From NCBI GenBank assembly GCA_904063045.1, contig CAJFCJ010000021.1, positions 124,001 through 188,000 on the forward strand: a stretch of 64,000 bases of DNA, read 5' to 3'. This document shows, piece after piece, positions 41,551 to 54,589 of this stretch. The notes beneath the pieces are model-generated. The model made no database searches. It saw nothing but the letters and a program-made list of their open reading frames with translations, and was not told the DNA's origin. Both the position numbers and the translations under genes were made by a program. The stretch is from Dimorphilus gyrociliatus (Eukaryota; Animalia; Annelida). Positions within the stretch are counted from its first letter, which is position 1; the number at the start of each line of letters is the position of its first letter.

Positions 41551-42468
41551 CTTAGTTGTTTCTTTCATAATTGCATCCCCATTTCTAAAACTTTTATCAG
41601 CTAGAATAAGAGATTCGTTTAATGGTACGAATCGCCGAGTTATATTATTTGCGGCGCTTTGCAGTTGTCGACTGGTATGATTAAGTTGTTGCATCATAGC
41701 GTCAAACGGTTGTAAGAGTATTTCACTTTGGTTATATGATAATTCCGTTGCACAACTTAAACTTCTGCAAATTTCCCCAACGTTATCATATATGTTTTCA
41801 ATAGGTCCCTTCAATAATAATCCTCCAAGAAGGATCAAACAGGAAATTCGACCCTGACATGTACTGGCTGTCGGTAACATCAAAGCAGTTGTACATCGAA
41901 GAAGACGAGATGATATGAAGAGAATGGTTAAAATGAAAAGTAGAGTCGATGATGTTATAATAGACGTTCTAAGTGAATAATCGAACCAGCTGAACATTAG
42001 GAAAAGGTTTAAACTGGATATGAACAAAGCCGATAGCACGGAACATAAGACGCTACAGGTTCTACTCCTTTTAACGGTAGTTCTTTTATTTCTTCTATTC
42101 CTTGTTTTTTTACCCCTGAAATCTGTCTCCCACACATTTTTCTGATCATTCAGTTCATTTTGACATTGAATCGTAGGACTGGCGACTGAAGTTTTGATCG
42201 GTTTAACCAAAGCAAATTTCTTCAATTGAGTTGTTCTACCACTTTCACTTGATTCTGAACTAGAAGTTGAACTCCTCCGCTCTGGAGTAGCTCGTAATTC
42301 AACAGAATCGGCGGAAATCAGACCCAATTCATTGTTCGTGGAATTTTTGCATAAAATTAACCCATTATCTAATATACGAATTTCTTCAATTAGATCATTC
42401 TCTTCTAATTGTAGATCACCGGCTTGTTGAGCTTGACGAGCATTGAGAACACGGTATCGACGCTGCAT
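41551..42468 (-). CDS. DC-STAMP domain protein (DCST1/DCST2/sneaky/SPE-42 family), coding exon A (SH3-like domain, TM helices)
   Basis: Encodes SRLLRCTTALMLPTASTCQGR..LLLKGPIENIYDN..RSLSCATEL, typical of the DCST N-terminal region. Donor AAG|GTACGC at 41551/41550, phase 0. An acceptor (ttgacag) lies 3 nt before the ATG, so an upstream exon is possible. Confidence 0.9.
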
Positions 42469-45400
42469 GGCCTGTCAATTATTAATTAATATATTGCTAA
42501 TGATTCTTGTGACAATGCAGATGAAGCCTATTATACAGAAATGAATAGTGTTGCAAGGTAAACATATTGTAAGCCGATAATTATCAGAATAGACAATCCG
42601 ATCGTCATTTTTCCTGTTTGTATTATGGTTTTTGTAACATATTTCTCACGCAGAGAAGTTTTATCTTCTTTAATGATAAATTAATTCCGTATAAAAAATT
42701 TAAATAGTCTATTTTTTCTATTTAATTAATAAGCTTTTTCTACAGTTTCTTTTTAGAGTTTTACTTCTAACCTATCGTACATAATTTAAGAAACTATCAA
42801 TTTGTTTAATCACTAAGAGGTCATAGGGGAATTGATGATGCTTAAAGTTATTAGTTAACCACTTATACTACTACTTAACTTGGAATAAAAGATTTCGAAA
42901 ATATGCTTTTTTATGTTTTTAAAGTAATTTCTTATCCTATCCGATGGAATCTAATAAGGGAAGCTATTTTTATACGGCCCAGCCGTTAAAATCTTCCTCC
43001 CCACCCCCTCTGAAGGATAAACATAAACGATATTTTAGAAGCTTAGCTCTCTTTAATTATTATTCGAATTCAAATTGTTTTTTTTTCTTTAATATATATA
43101 TTATATATGTATTAGCGCTATATTTACACACTTTCCTATTATATAAGTGAATATAAAATATACAGAGCATAGTGTCTGTTTATGTATTGGTATGTATATG
43201 AATAAAGCTATCCAAACATCCTATATAGAAAGTCTTTGGAATTTAGACGCACACATAAAGGCTATATACAGTACGTACTATATGTGAATATAGGCCAGTA
43301 TACAACTCATTATTCATTTGGGCGTAATATTTTTTACATTAATTAAGACTAAAAAAAGACGCTGGAAAGCTTTCTATAGAGGTGTAAACCTTAAATTAAA
43401 CATGCTAAAATGCAAAATAAAATAAGTAATAATGGGATTGAGTGAATACATCATCACGATCCTTTTCTTTTAATATTCATTTCTTCTTGCATCGTTAACC
43501 ACCTAGTCTTTTATATATAGCCGTGACTTGGCAAACAAATATCCAGTTTATTTTCCTAGTTTCGCCGCCCCACAAAGTTTCTATAAGCCGACAGGTCGGG
43601 CGTCTATTAGAACGCATTAAACGCTCGGACCGACGCCAAATGCTTCCGTTTGTTGTGTTTAATTGGCATTTGAAAAATTCGACGGATGATTTTTTAATTA
43701 AACTTACTTTATGCATCGATTAATAATTAAAGTACCTTGTTTAAACTGGACTTTGGTACGGGATGAAATTTCAGCTTATTTGATTTTAGCTAATTTGTTT
43801 TAAATAGAGTACTATAACTTAATTAACTGCTACTTAATAACTAAACATTAGAAGTAAGGGTTAAATTAATTTTTTAAGAAATGTAACTTTGAAATAGGAA
43901 ATTGAAAAATATAATATGGCAATCAATAGAAATAAACAAATAAACAACACAATAAATCACCTTATATTCGAGACATTTATTGAAATTTCCCGTTCAACCG
44001 TTAATAAAGACTTATTTCGTAATGTCAAAATTAAAAAGAAAAGTAACAATAATTGAAAAAATTGGGAAAAAAAAACACTTTAAAGTGAACATTGATGAAT
44101 AATAACAGTTATTTAACGGTTAATCCCTTATGTCATGCGGTTATAAATCTTACGAAAAAGCATTAATATTACTTTATAAACTCAATTGACTTGTCTAATA
44201 AAAAATAGCCAAAGCCGGAAAAGAATAATTGGTACATAAATTAGTAATGGTATTAAGTCATGCTAGAAGTAAAAATGCTAAATCGTCTAAATTACTTAAG
44301 TTTAACCTCAAACGGAAGTGCTTTTACATCATTCTCCATTAAATAACCTTATATATTTTGAATAACCTCCCATGTTAAACATAATTACATAGGGCGGAGG
44401 AAAGTTTCTAACCTATTAAATCGGAAACATACATCCTTGTTCGCTAGGTTGTTTCGATCAAAAAAGATTAAATGGAAAGCACATGTTCGATTTATCAAAA
44501 GAAAGAAAAACTGCCTTTTATTTACAACTTGTTGACTGAAATAATGTTAGATTGGAAATTATTTTCAGATCAGCCGAAAAATAGTTAACAAACATGAAAA
44601 CGTTAGTCAACTTTCTTTAAATATCAATAACTTTTCAAAATACATAAGCTCTCTTCTTTCCTACTTTCTAATATAGTTATTATGTTACTTTTTTTTAAGA
44701 TTAACGCCTCTTACTCCTTATTGTTCAAATAGCTAAACTAAAAAAAGGAAGAGAATGAAAATGGTATAAGAGGAGAGTTATTAGAAAATTAGATTTCTTT
44801 GTTTTCTTATTTCAATATATATATTCCGATTTTTCATTATTCTAGGCAAAATACCATGTGGAAATATCTTTTAATGGTCTCTCTTCACTATTTAATTTTC
44901 TCTTTTTCCTCCTAGTCATTTTATTACAGGATATGAAACAAGTGGTTAATGTCTTACCTTCCTTCCGAAGATCGAGATATCGTAAAAAGCTACTGCAGAA
45001 TTTTCCAGTTCTTCTTAGCCTATAGCTGGACCGAATCTGTTTGGCAAACTAGCAGTTAGTACGGTCTGCTTCGAAAATATCTGCATTTCTTCTACAATTT
45101 GAACGTCATAGCGATCTAAGCTTGTTTTAATATGCAGTTTTTACTGGCAATGACGATTATCTATGAGAAAAGGGTAAAGCTAATAAAAAAACTCTTGTAA
45201 AATGCGTTGTTAAAGTTTTTATCAGTCATTTTAAACCATAAATATATAGAAGCCTCTAATTGTAAATACTCTAATTAATAATGTTTTACACCATATGGCA
45301 AAAGAGTGGGTTTTTTTCGTTTAGTAAATAAATACCAAATCAAACAGAGAAAATATGGAAGAGAAAGGGGAGAGTAGGGAACGATGTGGGGAAGAGATTT

Positions 45401-46824
45401 TGAACAAAGATAGGGAAATAAAAGAAGAGAGAAAGAAAGAAAGAGGGACAGAGGGGAAAAGGAAAACGGGGGTGAGATCAAAATAAAACGAGAGTGAGAA
45501 TATTATAGCGTATAGGTCTAATAATAGTTTAGATTAGTTAAATAGCGTGACCGACTTTAATTTTTTTACCGTGTCGCCGATTTTTATGATTCGATCGGAC
45601 TGTTCTGCATTTCAGGCAATCGCATTAATCACTTCTACGCCGGCGAGTTTTTCCATTGATATTTATTTCGTTTTAGGAATTTCGAACGAGACAGCATCTT
45701 TCCGGGACTACGTTATTTATTCTAAGGCTTCTACTGTTATCTTAATACGACCCTACACGCGTATATGTTTTGATAAGGATCCGGCTGGAATTATGCACCA
45801 AATATTATCTTCGATTAATTTGCGTAGTGAGAAAAAAACTCGGTCAACTATGTAATATTATTATTAATAAAAATAATAATTGTTATTCCTAAATTTTCTT
45901 TTTAAAAGAGATAAATAAAGTTTACGTAGAAAAGAAAAAGAAAGGAAGATAATAAACTTTTGTAAACTTGTAGGTTTAATCTTTCAGTTATACTTTCTCG
46001 GCTAAGTGGGTGTGTGTAGGTAAAGTGGGCGGATGGACAAAAAGCAATGTTGAAAAAATAAGAAATAGGAAGAAAGGGCGGAGAGTGGAAAGAAAAGTAT
46101 TATACATATGAAAATGAAAAGAGATGATATACATAAATATACACGTATCATTAGAGAGAGAGAGGGAGGGAAGAAGGCGGATGAAGGTAAGAATGAAGGG
46201 AGGGAGCGAGAATGAAAGAGAGCGAGAGAGAGAGAGAGAGAGCGAGAGGGAGAGAGCGAGAGAGAAAAATAGAGATATAAGCTGTACAGTATCTTCCTTT
46301 ATGTCTAAATGATTTTAGCGTGTGGCTAGTTAATCAGTTAAAGCTTTTCTTGTATAAAAAAGTTCTTTTTTTTCTTCTTTCTCTCTTCGTCTTTTTTAAA
46401 AGAAGGATTAATTTACTTCTTCTTTTTCTTAATAAAAAAGTAATGTTAATCTTATAGTAAAACATGGGATAAAATTAAATTGACTGACAAAATAGCACCT
46501 GTATATGTTTTTGTAAGAATAAGTTTGGAATTACGACTAAATATTATTTCCGGTTAATTCGTTCGATGAAAAAGTTTGGCTTAAGCGTAAAAAAAACTGT
46601 AAAGAATGTTGATAGACACTTTGGAATTTATCGGTACGAGCGATTTTAGTGGCTTAGTCAAAGGTTTTATTGCATCGAGATGTATTTTTCTTGGCATCTT
46701 TGGTCTGGCGTAAATATTACACTAATAATAAAAAGTTTTAAGTAAGAATGAACTATATTAACTTTACTCCAAGTGTTTTATAGTCCGTTTTAATCTAATT
46801 GATTTCACGCTTTCTACCTCACTA

Positions 46825-47869
46825 GCGCCATCTTAGGGAGTACATTTGAATCGTTCTTATCTCTTCTAGATGATTTAAGGGGCAAAGGGTGTAAACCAAA
46901 CAGACCAATTCCATTTTATTATATTTCAAGGAAAAACTCCCTACTGATGTATTTGACCTATACAAAAATAATAGAATAGTTAAAATAAATGCGATAAATA
47001 CGACTACAATAGTAAGGCAGAGAGTGTAAATTAGGTGCATAAGAAGGTGCTTAGAAGAATTTTTCTTTATCTCAAACAGCAAACAATTATCTAAATCAGT
47101 AGACCGAAACCGTAGATACTTTAAAGGAATTATTATTAGACGAAAGTGGAAAAGTTACAGCTACGTTAAAATTAAATGTTAACTTGTATAATATCATATT
47201 ATATTTCTCAAATATCTTCATTTTTCGGAAGAAACGCATCTTAATAATCTATAAATTGTACTTTCTCTGAATTAACTTTAATCAATTTAAGAGATGAAAG
47301 TAAGAATAGAATAAAAAATTAAAATCTCCCTCTGTCTCTCTCTCTCTCTCTCTCTTTAGATTTGGATTATAGATTAAAAGAAAAAATTAAACACATTAAA
47401 ATTCAATCTTTTTAGTCTGGTTAAAACGTTACTCGTTATTTAATATCATTCAACTGTTTGTAGTAGTTTTTTCACCATTAAATAAGAATGTTCTCAAGAT
47501 GTGCCGATTCTGTTTTTATTGTCGAATTAGATGTGGAGAAAATTTATTTTCTCTAAGTAAGTTTCATCAATAAAACCGTAAATTTTATATTTTTTATTCT
47601 ATCACGAATGTCCATTTAAAAGAAGAAATTACTAACCGAGTAATTCTGGATAGTATCAAAAAAAACGAATAAAAAGGTCCATAAACCCTTGTTACAGCCG
47701 CAATATTTCTTCTCTTATTAAACTTTATTACAGCAATTATTCGGCGAAACGTTAAAAAAATCAGTTTAGATTACTTTACGTTACTTAACATACACGTTTA
47801 AGCTATCTAATAGAAACATATTTAATTGCCCCCTATCGAATTTTTGGGTGTATAAGCAGTAGATGGCGT
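46825..47869. promoter_or_regulatory. Divergent pair of CTCF-like motifs between the head-to-head DCST and tetraspan genes
   Basis: GCGCCATCTTAGGG (reverse, 46825; also matches YY1) and GCAGTAGATGGCGT (forward, 47856). Confidence 0.5.
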
Positions 47870-50177
47870 TCTCTGTTAATATCTGATCGTTTACCCTTTA
47901 TTATTGGTCGTCGCCTAAAAGAAACGTTATCCCAAGCTTTTTTTGCAGGTCCTTTCAAAAACGGCTTATAATGTATCTTATTAAAGCTGGCGAAGTGAAG
48001 CGGAAAACCAATGCCCCCCTTCCCTCCTTCCCTCCCTCCCTTTGAGTCGATGAGATAGGGACTCAGTGGAACATTTTGTCTCCCTTCTTTTTATCATTAT
48101 CCAGAGGAAGCGGCCATATCAAGAAAAACAATAGATTTAGATAGCGCTTCCTAAGGAGACGACTAAGTCTGTACAATTTAAGTAAAAAGTACCAAGACAA
48201 TTTGACTTGTTTGTAAATAAGGGAATGACCGGTTACCGTGTTATAGGAACAAATAGAGGCGTCAGAACGACTAGACTATGAAGAATTTGCCTTTTTCCTT
48301 CCTCCATGAGTACTTATTCCACCAACACGTATGGAGGAAAAGCGTTCTATTTTTGACATTTTTTTAGATATTGTTGTAAAATCCTTTTAAAAGTTGATAG
48401 TTTATTCTCTCCTAAAGATCAATTAGGAAGAGTTTTTATAAGGTTATTATTAGATAACATGAAAAAAAATTGAATAAAAGACTCTTTTGTCTTTGGATTT
48501 TCAAAGCTAATTGAATGGGTTAGTATTAAGCCTGTAGAGAATTCAATCTCCTAAATATTTAGCACAATTTCCTTCGTTTTCATCATTTTCTCACCTGTAT
48601 TAATCCTTGGAGATTGAGTTAATATAATAATTGAAAAAAACAGGATGATTAACAGTCAATAACCTGAGACTAAGGAAGAGAAGGAGAGAGAAAAGAATTA
48701 TTTTCAGTGTATATATAAGAATATTTGAATAATAAAACTTGTAGTTTATTTATGCATATTAATTACTTTTTATTTACTATCAAAAGTTCATAAACACTTG
48801 AGGGAAGGGAAAATGGTTAATTACCTAAGTACCAAATGACGATTGATGAAAAGCTTTACTTTCTATTGACTTTATTATATTCAACAGGGAAATGTGCGCA
48901 ATTAGTCATACGTTTTATCATGGAGAGTATATCTGGAATTATTTAACAGTGTATGAGAGATCCAATAAATAACATGATTATCCGACTTTAAAGAAAAAAC
49001 AGGAAGTTTTTAGAAAGGTTAAAATAGAATCGGAAGAATAAAAATTTGTTTAATAAAATACTGAAAGCCTGGATAGGATTAATATATTTAGAGAGAGAAA
49101 TAGGACTTAATAGAAAAGAGCCTTAACGGGCCATGATTCCAACAGAGAACCTCAATAAATACGAATACTCGTCAATGATTCCTCGAAGAATGGGAATGCA
49201 ACCATTAATAACAATCTTATTCCAACCCAGTGGTTACGAAATACGGTACGAGATTGTTGTCTCTTTTAGCAAAAAAGCTTAAGACTGTAATATTACTGAT
49301 TACGGGCGTGATTAGCGGGGATATTCAACTAAAGATTCATTCCTCATTTCGAATAATTTAACAGTAGTTGACAGATAGCCGCTAAAGGTCAACCATAATT
49401 TATGAAATATGTTAATTTCTATACAATGAAGAAAAAAGAGATGCATTTATTGTTAATGGAAATAAGATAAAAATTTGCGGCATCTTTTTGGTTTACTTCG
49501 GCTAAAATCGAATATAAAAACATCAATTTTTTTTACTCCCTTTTGAATTTTCTACGTTATAAAAATGCTTTCTTCTCTTCCATCTTCATTTTTCCTCTCT
49601 TTTAGTCATCAATAATTCATTAACTTGAGAAAACTATTGGGAAGAAACTCTTTCTCTTCGTATCAAGCGTTTTTTTCCTCTTTTAGATCGTCTCTGATTC
49701 TTTTTTCTTTACCAGATTCTCACCCGAAAATAGTAAATTAATGACATGAATCTAGCAGCTTTAAGCTTTCGTATAAGCAAATATCCCTTTACGGCAATTC
49801 CTAGACCGTCTAATCATCCCTATGGACCCCTGGAATATCGTAAATAGGCCTAGTGCAACCGCCTTAGAAGGGTCAAGAAGGATGCCCGATAAATTCTTAT
49901 TTTTTTCTCTAAAGCGTCAATAAAAAAGGGAAAAAAAAAACGGGGGAAAAATTTTTTTCCTTAATAGGGAATGATAGTAAAATATTTCACAACGGATTAT
50001 CTCAGACGAATGATTGAATTCAGATCGAATGAAATTCTAAATAATTAACCACAGTTCTTTTTTTAATATTATATATTGTGCAGTTTGCAGTGTCTATGTA
50101 TGTACTACTGCAAATATATATATATATATATGAACAGTATATATATTACATATTATAATATGTGATTCAACATATGC

Positions 50178-50208
<31 letters not shown>

Positions 50209-51285
50209 TGTTTATTTTATGTTAAATTAATCAATACTGCATAAATGATGTTTCTAAACTTTTCCTTTTTACTCCTCTGCAATAAGGTTTCCATGGTGTC
50301 TTGTAGCAAATTTGACAGTAAGAAAATTGATCCTGAATCTAACAGAATTTCTCACTTAATCGCTCTTATCTATTCCTATTCTTTTCTCTCTTTTCCACTA
50401 CTATCCTTCTCTTTTCTCTTTCTTTTTCAGTGCATGTTACATTTTAATAGGATAATTTCGTATTTCAAATATATATTGTATACAGTGAGAGTTATATAAA
50501 TATCTATATCTATATATACAACTAAATATGGTATCTATGTTTGTATATATATATAGTATATGTATATGTAATAGTAAAGAATGATTGAAGGGATTATCAT
50601 TTGATACTTACAATCGGTTATATTATATATAATAAATTGCGTAAATATCGACAAAACTCGGCAATCTGTTGATAACAGATGGAAATGAACGCCCTGGATA
50701 AAGCACAATCTGGTGCCAAGGTGAAATTACAGTAATATCAGTCGTTCATTAATGAGACATATTTTTTTTTATTATTAAAAACAATATAGTTTTCAACTAG
50801 TTTTTGAATTTCTATGATCGACGACCTTGTTTAAAAAAAAACTGATTTCTTTTGTTTCACCGACAAATAGAACTGTAATAAAAAAAAAAGAATAGACAAA
50901 AAGAGAAACGAAGAAGGGAATTTTTTTAATAAACATAAAAAAAGGAGCTAAAACTTGAAAGGGAGAGAAATGAAGGAAAGGAAGGTTTTAGCAAATAAAT
51001 TGGACGGGCTATAAACGGACTGTAAACTCATGAAGCGTTGAGAGTACGAGTCATAATCTCCTTTGAAAACAATACGTCAAGATCGAAAAACGTCTTATAT
51101 AATTTTTCAGGCCAGCGAACAAGGCATTCGATAGGCCTATAATAGTTCCCCAACAGATGGCATCCGTCGAGCTGGCCCGTACAATCGAGACCGCGCCGCC
51201 AAAGTGCAAAAAAAAGAGAAGGAGAACAAGCCGGTGTTTAGCTTTTAGTAATGTTTCCTGAGTTTGTAGTGGATATGTAAAAGAA

Positions 51286-51700
51286 ATGTATGGAATGGAA
51301 GAAGAATATCCCTCACCTACTTCTAATCGAAGAAACTCGGCCTTTTCCACCTGGCAAGGAGAACAGAGAAGAAATTCTAAAAAGAAAAGACCTGAAGAAG
51401 AACGGATAACTACACCAGTTCGAAAAGCAAGGAAGGAAAGTTCTGTATTCCTAAAAAGGGACGGTAGTGAAGAAAGTATAAAATCGGATTATGACCAAAA
51501 AACGTCTCTAAAAACTAAAAAATCGACACCGGTGGTTTCAAATACAGCAAAATTATCGGTCAGACAGTGGAACATTCTCTTTGCGTTTTGGGATCACGAT
51601 ACGTTCGTCAGGGCTCGTTACGGTGGAGTTTTTTTATCCTTCATGGCAGCTATTTGCGCAATTATTAGTCTGGTAAATGCAGATTGGATAAGATACTCAG
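51286..51700 (+). CDS. TMEM47/PERP/VAB-9-like claudin-superfamily tetraspan, variable exon 1a (long N-tail + TM1)
   Basis: ORF ends in TM ARYGGVFLSFMAAICAIISLVNADW. Donor TCAG|GTACGT at 51700/51701, phase 1. The true start may lie upstream. Confidence 0.85.
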
Positions 51701-53807
51701 GTACGTTACTTGAACTTTAAAGTATTTTGCAAAGAAATATTAAGACTATAAAATAGGAAAAATAAAACAAAAGTGCGAGAATGAAAGTGAAAAAATTAAA
51801 AAAAAAAGAACATAAAACACTCGTAAACAACTTCTTTTGCAAAATTACAGCTTTGAGTAGGCACTTATCCTTTCCACTCCCCCTCCTTCCCCTCTATCTT
51901 TCCTCCTTTTCTTTCTCTTTCATTAATTAATTATAAACCTATTGTATAAAACGCCTCAAATTTTTGGGTATTTCATTCAGAATGATTTTTATCAATAAAA
52001 AACGTATGTAACATTTAACTTTGGTATTATTAATTATTTAAAATTGTAAGATCAATGAATATTGTTTTTTTTTGTCCCTTTTGACTAGAAAAAGTAGGTA
52101 TACATACGGTGGGCTTATGTTTTAACATTTATGCAGTGCTTTTGCATATTTTGTTGTATCAAATGGATGCATTTAAGTAGAGAGCATATGCGCTTTGTTT
52201 TATTATATGTCAGAGATCAATATATAGTATACTGTATATATTACAGTATATTATTTATAATGTACAGTAATTTATAATGTACCATATTTTTAAGTAAATA
52301 ATTTGAAGCATTCAAGTCTTAATAAATACAAGCTGTGTAGTAGCAGGTATATAGCTATGTAAGGGATATGCTATTCCTTTATCCGTATAGTATAAATAGC
52401 TATCCTAATCATATTCTATATATTTTTACATTCCTTCCTTACGTAATATCCAATTTAATATATGACAAGAGCTTATACGGTAATTTAACCCCAAAGCCTA
52501 TATGGCAGGTTGAAAAAAGCGGCTCATTGTATATCTCAATGCCAATACCAACAAATATGAAACTTTTCTGCTCCGTTTCTAAATTTTATCTTATACTTTT
52601 TAAGTACATGAATATAAAAAGAAGAAAATATTATATTATCTATCTACTATATGCTAATAAGGAAGCTAAATATAAATATATTTAAATATTCATTACTTTG
52701 TTTCTTTTCAAGTGTTTTCTCTATATTTTTTATATTGTTTCTTAACAAAAACTTTTTAAATAATAAATTTTATTTTACTATATAGATATGTATTATTGTT
52801 ATTTTTTGGCACATAGGCAGGTGTTGTTTTCTCTTTCTTTAAATACGTAAATATAAATATATTGTATATATTCAGCCTCTATTCCATACTAATATAACAT
52901 AATATACTAACTACATATGTTTTCTATATACGTGTGTGTATGAACTTTTATTTATGTATTTAATTTTCATCCTATATCTGTGAATATAATATTTAAACAA
53001 TACTATTAAAGTTATTAATTTATTACATTATACTTATTTTTATAACTGCTAAAGCTGTTTTTCTGATGTTAATAATGGATATTATTTAATATTTCAAGAA
53101 AATATGCTTTAAAAGAGCGACAACGAATTTTATCGGTCATACATTTTCCATTAGATATTATTATAGAATATATACGACAACGAATATATAAATTAATTTC
53201 CAATTGAGGAGGTTTCGTCCTACAACTAATGACCGTTTATCTTTTAGATGATATTCAAAGAATTCTAGAGTGCAGCTTACCAAAAGAGTTTCACTTTCAA
53301 AAAAATATAACATATGCTTAGTTATTGATGAATAACAACCTGTTGCTGTAAAAAAAGGAAGAGAAATTTTTACTATCTAACCCAATACTAATTATGCGAG
53401 GCTTCATCAGTTCTGTTTCTCGGCTATGAATATTTGATCCCTTATTTAAATATTTAATATTAACTATGCAAGAACTTGTTACTAAAGAGTGAGCGATTAA
53501 TCCATTAATGATTATTCCTTCAACTATCAGTAAACTTTATATACAATAGAATGGGCAAAATATATGGGGAATTCACAGTTTATTACTTGGCTTTTATTCC
53601 ATTTTCCCAAGAGAATAATTAGATGGTCGTCTCTTTATTAATAGTTTATTAGTATCATTCCGTTTCACTTTGTTTCCATTTAGAGGCTTGTTGCTCGCTT
53701 TAGACCCCTCTCGCAAATGCAGTATACACAGTTGACTCGATAGATGACAGCACTGATTATTGTTTATTTAGCCCTTCGATATCTTTATATAAGTGTTCAC
53801 TTTTCAG

Positions 53808-53900
53808 ACACCAATTACGGAGATGTTACTGCTGGACTATGGAAAATATGCTCATCTACCGTTGAAAGAGACAACTGTACGAATTCGCTCGGTAAAAAAG
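53808..53900 (+). CDS. Tetraspan variable exon 2a (extracellular loop 1, GLW-C-C)
   Basis: Acceptor cacttttcag|AC and donor AAAG|GTAAGA, phase 1/1. Encodes DTNYGDVTAGLWKICSSTVERDNCTNSLGKK, which carries the claudin-superfamily W-GLW-C-C signature. Confidence 0.88.
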
Positions 53901-53966
53901 GTAAGAACTGAACGTAAAGTAAGTCGATACGTGTTCAACGTCTCTCCAGTTATCGAAAATCGTACT

Positions 53967-54011
53967 GTCACGTGACTAACTGACTGAGAAGAAATCTCAG
54001 AGTCACATGAT
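53967..54011 (+). promoter_or_regulatory. Candidate internal promoter for tetraspan isoform b (tandem E-boxes)
   Basis: Palindromic GTCACGTGAC (53967) and GTCACATGAT (54002), USF/MiT-TFE-type E-boxes, followed by a CT-rich tract. They lie about 360-400 nt upstream of the exon 1b ATG. Confidence 0.45.
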
Positions 54012-54363
54012 CAACTTTTTCCCCCACCCTCTCTCTATCTCTCGCTCTCCCTCTCATTTTATATGTCTATCTCTATCTCGCCCTCATTCTTCTATCTATT
54101 TACTCCTACATCTCTCCGACATTGTTTGGTCTACGTCTCTATTTCTCATTGACTAACGCTTCTTCTCGCTCTCCCACCCATCCTGTCGACATATCTGTCT
54201 TCTTTAAAAAAAAGTCTCTGAGGTGTCTCCGTCCTCTTCCCACGACAATTGTTTGAAAAAAAAAACAACAAAAGGGAAATGAGCCTAATGGAAAAGAGAT
54301 GCTTATGAAATTTTCATAAACTAACTCATTGAACGCAGCTGAGGTCATGTTTAGAAACTATTC

Positions 54364-54589
54364 ATGCAAACGATTCGCGTCTATTTGCGAACGATGTTGC
54401 AATTCGTCAAGTTCAAACCGTCTACTACGGAGAACATTTACAGCCTGAGGAAATTTTCGGAGGCAGAACAAAGAGAAGAGAAATATCTAAGGAAGCCGTA
54501 TCGGTTAGGAGGAGTATTCAGTGGTTTTTTCGCAATTTGTTTGACCCTTATATCGGTTTCAAATACCTATTGGGCTCAGTTAGAAGCCG
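54364..54589 (+). CDS. Tetraspan variable exon 1b (short N-tail + alternative TM1)
   Basis: ORF ends in TM YRLGGVFSGFFAICLTLISVSNTYW, paralogous to exon 1a. Donor GCC G|GTAAGG at 54589/54590, phase 1. Confidence 0.82.
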
